Shown here: piece after piece, positions 12,372-23,465 of the stretch
How positions within the stretch are numbered: position 1 is the stretch's first letter
How the letters are laid out: each line of letters starts with the position of its first letter
Assembly (NCBI GenBank): GCA_038087875.1
Contig: CM075991.1
Span: 558,001 to 622,000 of the forward strand
DNA: 64,000 nucleotides
Direction: 5' to 3'
Source: Malacoraja senta
Lineage: Eukaryota
Program-made: the position numbers and the translations under genes
Notes under the pieces: model-generated
Told to the model about the DNA's origin: nothing
Databases searched by the model: none
What the model saw: the letters and a program-made list of their open reading frames with translations, nothing else

Positions 12372-15300
12372 TAGATTATATAGAATAGACAACATTCTAG
12401 AATTAGTAACCCTCCTATGAGTGCAAATAAACTACTGAAGTTCTTTGTGCAACCTATGCCAGTCCTCGTTGATGTTTGAGTTAGTGTTGGGTAATGTTCC
12501 TGGGACTGGTGCTTGGTGGGATGAAACTCATCCTGAACCTGGTTTCAGACTCCTGAAGCCTCTTCCCGTTGATGGGAGTGAGAGGCAAACGTCACATCCA
12601 AGCTTTCCCCAATTCAACGATACTTTATTGTCACATGTCCGTAGGTGCAGTGAACTGGTTGTTTTACATACAGCCCGGTAGAATCATTCAGCACCCCTCA
12701 CCCGGGCAGTCCACAAAGTGTCGGCACCTTTCTGCAGCCCACTAAGTTACAAAAAGTCCTTTCGAACCAGGCCTGCCAATGCACGTGGCCACAGGCGACC
12801 CCCTGCCGGGCCCCCCTTTGTTCTTGGCTCACCCCCTTCACCCGCCCCTGCTGGGTCCCCCTCGTTCTAGTCACTTATCCAGGGACTCCAGCTCCCTGTT
12901 TGAAATCCTGGATTCTGTCGGATCTGGGAAATTCTCCAGATCTGTGGCTTTGGCCAGATGAACGAACTACACAAATCATTAAAAATCAGGCGGTAGAGAA
13001 AAATGCTGGAGAAACTCAGTGGGTGAGGCAGCATCTATGGAGCGAAGGAAATTCTCCAGCATTTTTGTCTACCTTCGATTTTCCAGCATCTGCAGTTCCT
13101 TCTTAAACATTGAAAATCAGGCAGTATTTGGATTATATCAGTGCAATACAGCTCAGGAAGAGGCCCTTCGTCCCAACTCGTCCATGCTGAGCGGATTGCA
13201 TTCTGACCGATACCATTTGCCCATTATGCCCCAGATCACTCAAAAGCTTCCTTTTCTTGAGTTTCTCTTGAGTTTCAAAACTCCTCTTCACCCTCTTTCT
13301 CTAACAGTGTCGCAGTGAGGATTGGAATAAGTGAGCTCTCCACACAGTGGGCTATCTTTGACATGTTGTAATTGTATCTGTCTCTTCCACTTCCACTGGC
13401 AGCTCGTTCCAAGTGCCCACCAGTCTCTCAGCCCAATGCCTTATAGTTTGACACCCACCCCCAATCCCCACCCTGGGAAAAAGAACGGTGACAGTCCACC
13501 TTATCTCTGCCCTTCATGCTTGTATCAACCTCCATAATGTCACCTCTCAGCTTCCCATGCTACAGGGAAGAGAGTCCACCTTCTCCCTAACTCGAGCGCT
13601 CCAGTCCCACCAACATCCTTGTGGATCTCTGCCCCCTCTCTAGCTTGACCATGCCTTTCCTCAAGTATGTCGGGCAGAGCTGCCCACAGTTTACCAGGCA
13701 GTCCCACCAACGCCTATAAAATCATGAGAGGAATAGATCACGTAAGATGCACACTGTTGCCCAGAGCAGGGGAATCGAGGACCAGAGGACATAGGTTTAA
13801 GGTGAAGGGGAATCTGAGGGGTAACTTTTTCACACAAAGGGTGGTGGGTGTATGTAACGAGCTGCCAGAGGAGGTAGTTGAGGTGAGGACTATCCCAACA
13901 TTTAAGAAACAGTTAGACAGGTACATGGATAGGACAGGTTTGGAGGGCTATGGATCAAACGTGGGCAGGTGGGACCAGTGTAGCTGGGAGATGTTGGCCG
14001 GTGTGGGCGTTGGGCTGAAGGGCCTATTTCCACACTGTATCACTCTATGACCCTATGGATTGATAGTTCCTTGTCCTTCACCATCAGGGTGCTCCAGCTC
14101 TGCTTCCCTGCTCCCCGCTGACAGGAATGGACCAAGCCCATCCTTGAATCATCTGCTCTGCTGTTAAACATGTCCCTGTCGACATTTGCTTTCACTTTTC
14201 CCAGCTCAGCTGTCCTTCGTTGCCTTTGAGGTTAACCTCCTCTGACGTTGAACGTCTACTTTAGATTTCTCCTTGCCTTCCTCGTTTATTAATCTATGAT
14301 TCAAAGATTCAATCCTCTCACTGACTTCTGGAACCTTGAGCCACCTCATCTAGCAATGTCCTCTTCTGTACCCTGTCAAAAACAAACTGAGTTTCAAAAA
14401 CTCCTCTTCGCCCTCTTTCTCTAACAGTGTTGCAGTGAGGATTGGAATAAGTGAGCTCTCCACACAGTGGGCTAAAGAAGGGTCTCGACCTGAAACATTA
14501 CCCATCCTTTTACTCCAGAGATGCTACCTGACCCGCTGAGTTACTCTATCATTTTTAGTTGAGAGATACAGTGTGGAAACAGGCCCTTTGGCCCACCGAG
14601 TCCGCACCGGCCAGTGATCCCCACACGTTACACCATCATACACACTAGCAACTATTTACACTTTTACCTACAGTACATACCTGTACGTCTTTAGAGTGTG
14701 GGAGGAATCCGAAGAATTTGGAGAAAACATACTAACTCTGTACAGACAGCACCTGTAGTCGAGATCGAACCAGGGTCTCTGGCGCTGTAATGATACGATA
14801 CGATCGTGTACTAGGCAGCAACTCTACTGCTGTGCCACCGTGCCACCCTTTGTGTCTATCTTCAATGTCTCTCTCACTGCTGGGGGCCATGGACATCTTC
14901 CCGCTTTCAGTTCAAATCAAACGCCTTCCTTTACTGACCTCTCAAAAACATTTTCAATCTCCGAAACCTTCTCCCTGTCACCGCGTGGGTTTCCTCCGGG
15001 TGCTCTGGTTTCCTCCCAAATCCCAAAGACGTGCCGATCTGTAAGTTATTTGACCATCTGTAAATTTCCCCCTAGTGTGTAGTGCAATAACACATGTGAA
15101 AGTGCAATACTAGTGTGAACACGGGTGATCGATGGTCAGAGGCATAGTTGTATCTCTAAAAACTAACTATTATATCTTTATTATTAGAATTACCTTTTTT
15201 TAAAAACAAATTAACTTTATTCAGGGGAAAATATATATACCAAACAGAAACTGTGCCGACACTTCATACATTCTCAGTGTCTGTACTTTCAGTTGTATTC

Positions 15301-15987
15301 AGTAGTGTTCATACCCAGGTTAAGGTTAGGGTCTCTGGCGCTGAATGGCTCTGACCCTTCCCTTATTTGAGGGGTGTCCCCACCAGACTCTGCCCCTCAA
15401 TATCCTGCAGCAGAAGGACCCCAGACTGTGGTCCTCCCCCACAGAGCCTCGACATTGGCTGCACCGAGCATCAGTGTGTCTGTCCCTCGGCATCAATCTC
15501 TGACACGTTTGCCCTGTGACCACAAGGGTTTCCTCCAGGAGCTCCGGTTTCCTCCTGCAGTCTGGAGCGGGCTTGTCAGCAGCATCATCATCACCAGTTG
15601 ATGATCTTCCAGCAGCACTTCATGTCCGTCTCCGATAAGATCTGGCTCCATTGTCCCTCCATGTGTTAGTTCCCTGACCACCGAGTGCTGGAGTTGGTGC
15701 TGTTTAGTCTCTGCTGCAGCCACTGTTCAGATATAACAACTACATCATAATTTCACCTGGCCAAATAGAGGGCGCAGCGGTAGAGTTGCTGCCTCACAGT
15801 ACCGGGTTCGATCCTGACTACGGGTGCTGTCTGTACGGAGTTTGTACCTTCTCCCCGTGATTAGTTTGGTATAAATGTATATTGTCCCCAGTGTGTGTGG
15901 GATAGTATTGGAGTGCGGGGAGCGCTGGATGTTGCAGACTCGATGGGCCGAAGGGCCTATTTCCGTGCTGAACCTAAACTAAACTGT

Positions 15988-16172
15988 AGATAGACACAAA
16001 AAGCTGAAGTAACTCAGCGGGTCAGGCAGCATCTCTGGAGAGAAGGAATGGATGACGTTTCGGGTCGAGACCCTTCTTCAGACGAGAGATAGAGATGCTG
16101 CCTGTCCCGCTGAGTTACTCCAGCGTTTTGTGTCTATCTTCGGTTTAAACCAACATCTGCAGTTCCTTCCTA
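15988..16172. mobile_element. Fold-back Penelope pLTR derivative directly upstream of the LGI3 exon 3 acceptor
   Basis: Arms AGATAGACACAAAA...GTAACTCAGCGGG.CAGGCAGCATCTCT and AGAGATGCTGCCTG.CCCGCTGAGTTACTCCAGC.TTTTGTGTCTATCT flank a minus-strand hammerhead motif. Confidence 0.8.
16054..16081 (-). ncRNA. minimal hammerhead ribozyme motif (Penelope type), consensus copy
   Basis: Reverse complement is CUGAAGA-A-GGGUC-UC-GACCC-GAAA-C-GUC: both core boxes, stem II, palindromic ACGU stem III and a GUC triplet. Activity is not shown. Confidence 0.7.
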
Positions 16173-16197
16173 AACAAAACTGTTCTCTCTTCCACAG

Positions 16198-16269
16198 CTT
16201 GCTGAACTCAAACACCTTCACCATGATTGGAGATGACGCGTTCAATGGCTTGTCCCACCTGCAGTATCT
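16198..16269 (+). CDS. LGI3: LGI3-like, coding exon 3 (LRR)
   Basis: ttccacag|C...CT|gtaagt, 72 bp. Encodes LLNSNTFTMIGDDAFNGLSHLQY(L); LLNSN resembles LGI3 rather than the LFTSN of LGI1/LGI4. Confidence 0.95.
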
Positions 16270-16357
16270 GTAAGTGTGACGATGCTTCTCCACACGCCCA
16301 CCGACACCAGACATAACCGCACCCTGGTGACGCCTGCCTTTGTTTGTATGTTTGCAG

Positions 16358-16429
16358 GTTCATAGAGAACAACAACATCCAAGCTCTCTCCAAACACACG
16401 TTCCGAGGCCTCAAGTCATTGAATCAACT
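16358..16429 (+). CDS. LGI3: LGI3-like, coding exon 4 (LRR)
   Basis: tttgcag|G...CT|gtaagt, 72 bp. Encodes FIENNNIQALSKHTFRGLKSLNQ(L). Preceded by an 88-bp intron. Confidence 0.95.
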
Positions 16430-17174
16430 GTAAGTCTTCCATGGTTACCGATGTAACTCTTCTGAGTTGGACTGGTTGGTGAGGAGAGGGCTGAGGTTTC
16501 AGGAAGGCCCCCATCCCTCCTGTGCAAGATGCCAGCACACAGTCACAGGATGGGGGGGGGGGGAGTAGTGGAAATGGTGGCATTGTCCACCTTGGGGGAG
16601 AATAGAGTGGATGTGGAGAGGATGTTTCCACTAGTGGGAGAGTCTAGGACCAGACGTCATAGCCTCAGAATTAAAGTGCGTTCCTTTAGGAAGGAGATGA
16701 TGAGAAATTTCTTTAGTCAGAGGGTGGTGAATCTGTGGAATTCTTTGCCACAGAAGGCTGTGGGGGCCGAGTCAGTGGATATATTTAAGGCAGCGATAGA
16801 CAGATTCCTGAATAGAACGGGTGTCAGGGGTTATGGGGAGAAGGCAGGAGAATGGTGTTAGGAGGGAGAGATAGATCAGTCATGAATGAATGGCGGAGTA
16901 GACTTGATGGGCCGAATGGCCTAATTCTACTCCTATCACTTATGACGTTATGAGAAGGGTCACGGGCACTGAAATGTGGGGAGATCTGGACCACATAAGA
17001 TAGAATCAAAGACTGAGATTTGTAAGGGTGTGGATCAATTCGCAACATTCAGACAGGTACCTAGGGACATCAGAGGTAGATAGTAGTTCAGCACTGCTCT
17101 CTGGTTGTGGTAGGATGATTCAGTTGCCAGAGTTTCCCACAACTTTAGGCTGTGCACGCCATATGCAAGAAAAA

Positions 17175-17790
17175 GAAGATCAGCCAGAGTATTGAGTATA
17201 GAAGTTGGAAGGTCAAGTTGCAGTTGTATAAGATGTTGTTGAGGCCACATTTAGAGACTAGTGTTCAGTTCTGGACGCCATGTTATAGGAAAGATGTTGT
17301 CAAGCTGGAGAGGGTACAGAGAAGATTTACGAGGATGTTGCCAGGACTAGAGGGTGTGAGCTATAGGGAGAGGTTGAGTAGGCTGGGTCTCTATTCCTTG
17401 GAGCGCAGGAGGATAAGAGGTGATCTTATAGAGGTGTATAAAATCATGAGAGGAATAGATTGGGTAGATGCAGAGTCTCTTGCCCAGAGTAGGGGAATCG
17501 AGGACCATAGGTTTAAGGTGAAGGGGAAAATATTTAATAGGAATCTGAGGGGTAACCTTTTTCACACAAATGGTGGTGGGTGTATGGAACAAGCTGCCAG
17601 AGGAGGTAGTTGAGGCTGGGACAATCCCAATATTTAAGAAACAGTTAGACAGGTACATGGATAGGACGGGTTTGGAGGGATATCGACCAAACGCGGGCAG
17701 GTGGGACTAGTGTAGCTGGGACATGTTGGCCTGTGTGGGCAAGTTGGGCCGAAGGGCCTGTTTCCATGCTGTATCACTCTATGACTATGA
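17175..17790 (+). mobile_element. CR1/HER1-type LINE 3' fragment (related pieces ~13715-14055+, 16595-16950+, 20915-21230+, 47205-47792-)
   Basis: IEYRSWKVKLQLYKMLLRPHLE...LERVQRRFTRMLPG...; tail GGGCCGAAGGGCCTGTTTCC...(CTATGA)n shared with the SINE. Confidence 0.85.
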
Positions 17791-18507
17791 GACAGTACAA
17801 CAGGAGCAGTGAAGCTGAGAATTTGTCAGCATTTGTCAGCCCTCAGCAAAGGGACTGGCAGCAGTGGGGGGCAGGGGGGAGGGGTCTCATGGGGCAGATC
17901 CGGGGCCACAGTGCGGGGCCTGACGAGTATGTTCTGCACTGCTATAATTGTGGTGAGTGTGGGAGGTGTGGGGCACTGGGGAAATAACAGTGGATTGCGA
18001 ATGCTGAACAGTTGTGACCAGTGTTGGCATCAAGTTTAACACGTATACAGAGACACAGTGAGAAGCTTTGTTGTGTGCTATCCATACTGTACATGAGTGT
18101 AATTAAAGCAGTGATAATTGCAACAGGTTATGGAAAGGGAAATCTGAGTGTAGAACATGGTATCATTGCGTTCTGGCTTCACTGTTGCAGGGCGGCATGG
18201 TTGAGCAGCGGTAGAGTTGCTGCCTTACAGCGCTGGAGACCCAGGTTTGATCCTGACTACGGGTGCTGTCTGTACGGAGTTTGTACGTTCTCCCCATGTG
18301 TGCTGTGTGTGTGTGAGTGAATGTGTGTGAACATGTGTGTGTGTGTGTGTGAACGTGTGTGTGTGTAGGTGTTCACATTTCCATTCTTTAGAACAGGACA
18401 GTACAGCACAGGAACAGGCCCTTCGGCCCACCATGCCTTCACTGACCGCAATACCAATCTAAACATCTGCCTGCACATGATCCCTATCCCGCCATGCCTA
18501 CCTGTCC

Positions 18508-19183
18508 GGTACCCGGATGGGACGCCGTAGGTCGAGAAGCTGCAGCCAAGGAGTCAAAGCCAAGATGCCGAGCGGACATCATGTCGAAAAGCCAAGATGC
18601 AGAACGGACACGACGCCGAAAGGATACGAAGCCGAACGGAAACGATGGCAAAAGGATATGAAGCCGAATGGACAAGACCCAGAACGGACAAGACCCAGAA
18701 CGGACATGACGTCGAAAAGACGTCGAACGGAAAAAAAAGCTGGAAAAAAATCTTACTTTTCTTTTTTTAAACTTATTTTTCAGCTTAAAACCTGATGGGG
18801 AATGACCGTGACGTGGAAAAGCCTCTGTGGCAATCGCAGCAGCTTGGAGTCACTGCCACCATTTTACAAACGCAAGCTGAAGCTTCCTCCCGTCTCCCCC
18901 CGGCCAATGATGTGATGGACGCGGGGGGTCTGGACCAATTGCTGTCCTTTGTCAATGACTGACAAGGTGTCGGACCAATCCCGCCCCCGGAGACGTCATG
19001 TCCGTTCGGCGGCTTTTCGACGTCATGTCCGTTCTGCATCTTCTCCGTTCTGCATCTTGTCCGTTCGACTTTGTTTCCTTTCAGCGTCGTATCCTTTCGG
19101 TATTTTGGCTTTCGGCGTGATGTAGGTTTGGCATCTTGGCTTCGGCTTCTTGGCCTCGGCTTCTCATCCTTCAACATACCTGG
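18508..19183. mobile_element. non-autonomous fold-back DNA transposon (Mutator/Foldback-like) inserted in a CR1 tail
   Basis: About 200-bp imperfect inverted arms made of ~15-bp units (GAACGGACAAGATGC-like). Flanked by an 8-bp direct repeat ACCTGTCC at 18500-18507 and 19184-19191. Confidence 0.75.
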
Positions 19184-19539
19184 ACCTGTCCATGTATCTG
19201 CTGAAGTGCCTCTTGAACGCCACTCTCATATCTGCCTCCACACCAACTCTGGCAGCATGTTCCAGGCCCCCACCCTGGGTAAACATAGATAATAGGTGCA
19301 GGAGTGGGCCATTTTGGCCCTTTGAGCCAGCGCCGCCATTCAATATGATCATGGCTGATCATCCGAAATCAGTACCCCGTTCCTACATTTTCCCCATATC
19401 CCTTGATTCCGTTAGCTTGAAGAGCTAAATCTAACTCTCTCTTGAAAACATGCAGTGAATTGGTCTCCACTGCCTTCTGTGGCAGAAAATTCCTCAAATT
19501 CACAACTCTCTGGGTCAAAAAAACTCAACATGCCACATG

Positions 19540-20110
19540 TTAGTGGAGAGTCGGTTTGTCAAGGAGGACTCTCTCTAACTTCTACAGGTGCACAGTAGAG
19601 AGCATGCTGACCGGTTGCATCGTTGCTTGGTTCGGCAACTTGAGCGCCCTGGAGAGGAAAAGACTACAAAAAGTAGTAAACACTGCCCAGTCCATCATCG
19701 GCTCTGACCTCCCTTCCATCGAGGGGATCTATCGCAGTCGCTGCCTCAAAAAGGCTGGCAGTATCATCAAGGACCCACACCATCCTGGCCACACACTCAT
19801 CTCCCCGCTACCTCCAGGTAGAAGGTACAGGAGCCTGAAGACTGCAACGTCCAGGTTCAGGAATAGCTACTTCCCCACAGCCATCAGGCTATTGAACTCA
19901 ACTCAAACAAAACTCTGAACATTAATAGCCCATTATCTGTTTATTTGCACTTTATCTGTTTTATTTATTCATGTGTGTATATATTTATACAATGGTATAT
20001 GGACACACTGATCTGTTCTGTATTTATGCCTACTATGTTCTGTTGTGCTGAAGCAAAGCAGGAATGTCATTGTCCTATCTGGGACACATGACAATAAACT
20101 CTCTTGAATC
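19540..20110 (+). mobile_element. Rex1/Babar LINE 3' fragment
   Basis: LSRRTLSNFYRCTVESMLTGCIVAWFGN...IKDPHHPGH...RFRNSYFPTAIRLLN. Confidence 0.85.
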
Positions 20111-20683
20111 TTTAGTTTAGTTTAGAGATACAACGCAGAAACATAGAAACATAGAAAATAGGTGCAGGAGTAGGCCATTCGGCCCTTCGAGCCTGCACCG
20201 CCATTCAATATGATCATGGCTGATCATCCAACTCAGTATCCTGTACCTGCCTTCTCTCATACCCCCTGATCCCTTTAGCCACAAGGGCCACATCTAACTC
20301 CCTCTTAAATATAGCCAATTAACTGGCCTTATAGCCAATGAACTGGCCTGGAAACAGGCCCTTCGGCCCACCGAGAATGTGCTGACCAGCGATCCCTGCA
20401 CACTAACACAATCCTACATGCTAGGGACAATTTACAATTTTTACTGAAGCCATTATCCTACAAACCTGTATGTCATTGGAGTGTGGGAGGAAACTGGAGC
20501 ACCTGGAGAAAACCCACGCTGTCACAGGTGTACAAACTCCATACAGACTGCAGGATCGAACCCAGGACCCTGGTATTGTAAGGCAGCAACTGTACCGCGG
20601 TGCCACCCCCACATGTATGTTATGTCTCACTCTTTGGCCAGTGCAATAATCAACCATTTGACATTGTTATTTTTCTCTTACAG

Positions 20684-20755
20684 ATCATTGGGAAACAACA
20701 ATCTGCCCACACTTCCCCGAGACATCTTTGCGAACCTTCAGGTCTTGACACATTT
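20684..20755 (+). CDS. LGI3: LGI3-like, coding exon 5 (LRR)
   Basis: ctcttacag|A...TT|gtgagc, 72 bp. Encodes SLGNNNLPTLPRDIFANLQVLTH(L). Confidence 0.95.
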
Positions 20756-21920
20756 GTGAGCAAACTTTTATTCAGCCTTTGAAGACTTGGTATTTCACAA
20801 ACTAAATCGCATCTCAAAATAAAACGGGGGGGGGGAATCATAAGAAGCAAGATTTCTGTGTTGAGATAGCGAATGTGCAAAGCTTCATCTCAGCAGAAGG
20901 TCAGGATGATTGAGAACTAGATGCAGAGAGTCTCTTGCCCAGAGTAGGGGAATCGAGGACCAGGGGACATGGGTTCAAGGTGAAGAGGAAAAGATTTCAT
21001 AGGAATCAGAGGGGTAATCAGTGGGTGTATGGAACAAGCTGCCAAAGGAGGTAGTTGAGGCTGGGGCTATCCCAACATTTAAGAAACACTTAGACAGGTA
21101 TATGTATAGGACAGGTTTGGAGGGATATGGACCAAGCGCAGTCAGGTGAGACTAGTGTAGCTGGAACATGTTGGCCGGTGTGGGCAAGATGGGCTGAAGG
21201 GCCTGTTTCCACACTGTTTCACTCTATAAGTAGGAATCCTGAGCAAAACACAGTGTGCTGGAGGAACTCAGCAGGTCAGGTAGCATGTGTGGAGGGAATG
21301 GACAGGTGACATTTGGGGTCAGGACACTTCTTTAGACTGATAAAGCATCATAGACTGAAACATTGTGTGTGCATTTCCCTCCACAGATGCTGCATGACCA
21401 GCTGAGTTCCTCCAGCACTTTGTGTTTCACTCAAGATTCCTGCATCTGCTGTTTCATGTGTCTCCTGTCTTTGATTTTTTTAATGTTAACTTGTGGGTCA
21501 AAGCTACTGAGAGTGATTTATTGAATAGATCAGAGTAATCTAGGAGTGGAGGTACATGGTTCTCTGAAAGTGGCAATGAAGGCAGATAGGGTTTAGAAGG
21601 CTTTTTGCATATTGGCCTTCATCAGTCAGGGTATTGAAGATAGAAGATAGACACAAAATGGTGGAGTAACTCAGTGGGACAGGCAGCATCTCTGGAGAGA
21701 AGGAATGGGTGACGTTTTGGGTTGAGACCCTTCTTCAGACCTGAAACGTCACCCATTCCTTCTATCCAGAGATGCTGCCTGTCCCACTGAGTTACTCCAC
21801 CATTTTGTGTTTATCTTCAGTGTAAACCAGCATCTGCAGTTCCTGCCGACGTGTAGAAGTTGGGATGTTTTGTTACAGTTGTACAAGACATTGAAGGGGC
21901 TGCATTTGCAGTACTGTGTG

Positions 21921-23465
21921 TAGGAAGGAACCGCAGATGCTGGCTTAAACCGAAGATAGACACAAAATACTGGAGTAACTCAACAGGTTAGACAGCATCT
22001 CTGGGGAAAAGGAATAGGTGACGTTTAGGGTTGAAACCTTTCTTCAGACTGATTTCTGGTGGTGGGGGGGGGGGGGGGGGGCCTGGGAAGAAGAAAGGAA
22101 GAGGAGGAGCCAGAGGGTTGAGGGAGAGTTGAGAAGGGGAGGAGACAGCAAGGACTACCGGAAATTGGAGAAGTCAATGTTCATGCCGCTAGGGTGCAGA
22201 CTGCCCAAGCGGAATATGAGGTGCTGTTCGTCCAATTTCCGGTGGGCCTCACTCTGGTCATGGAGGAGGCCCAGGACAGAGAGGTCGGATTCGGAATGGG
22301 AGGGGGAGTTGAAGTGCTGAGCCACCGGGAGATCAGGTTGGTTAATGTGCACTGAGCGGAGGTGTTCGGCGAAACGATCGCCAAGCCTACGCTTGGTCTC
22401 ACCGATGTAGATCAGCTGACATCTAGAGCAGCGGATGCAATAGATGAGGTTGGAGGAGATGCAGGTGAACCTCTGTCGCACCTGGAACGACTGCTTGGGT
22501 CCTTGAATGGAGTCGAGGGGGGAGGTAAAGCGACAAGTGTAGCATCTCTTGCGGTTGCAAGGGAAAGTGCCCGGGGAGGGGGTGGTACGAGTGGGAAGGG
22601 ACGAATTGACCAGGGAGTTATGGAGGGAGCGGTCTTTGCGGAAAGCAAACAGTAGGGGAGATGGGAAGATGTGGCGAGTGGTGGGGTCACGTTGGAGGTG
22701 GCGAAAATGATGGAATACTATTTGTTGTATGTGACGGCTAGCGGGGTGGAAGGTGAGGACTAAGGGGACTCTGCCCTTGTTACAAGTGGGGGGATGGGGA
22801 GAGAGAGCAGTTACGGGGTATGGCAGAGACCCTGGTGAGAGCCTCATCTATGGTGGAGGAGGGGAACCCCGTTCCCTGAAGAATGAGGACATTTCCGATG
22901 CCCTGGTGTGGAACGCCTCATCCTGGGAGCAGATGCGGCATAGACGGAGGAATTGGGAGTGGGGGATGGAGTCCTTACAGGAAGCAGGGTGGGAAGAAGT
23001 GTAGTCCAGATAGCCATGGGAGTCGGTGGGTTTATAGTGGATGTCGGTAAGGAGTCTATCACCTGCAGGCATAGCTGGGGCCCATGCATGTGCCCATAGC
23101 TACGCCTTGTATTTGGAGGAAATGGGAGGAGTCAAACAAAAAGTTATTGAGGGTAAGGACCAGCTCCGCTAGACGGAGGAGAGTATCTGTAGATGGGGAT
23201 TGGTTGGTTCTTCGGTCGAGGAAGAAACGGAGGGCTTTGAGACCCTCCTGGTGGGGGATGGAGGTGTAGAGTGACTGGACATCCATGGTGAAGATGAGGG
23301 GATGGGGGACTAGAGAACGGAATGCCCGGAGACGACGGAGAGTGTCTGAGGTGTCTTGAACATAGGTCGGGAGGGATTTAACATAGGATGGAGTCGAGGT
23401 ATGTGGAAATAAGTTCGGTAAGGCAGGACCAGGCAGAGACAATGGGTCTACCGGGACAGTCCATA
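21921..23465 (-). mobile_element. Penelope-like element (RT remnant + GIY-YIG endonuclease + 3' pLTR)
   Basis: GRPIVS, FTMDVQSLYTSIPH, QIQGVAMGTCMGPSYA, YKPTDSHGYLDYTSSHP, SSNLIYCIRCSRCQLIYIGETKRRLGDRFAEH. The YIDD segment is deleted. A hammerhead-like motif at 22020-22047 lies ~110 nt after the stop. Confidence 0.92.
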
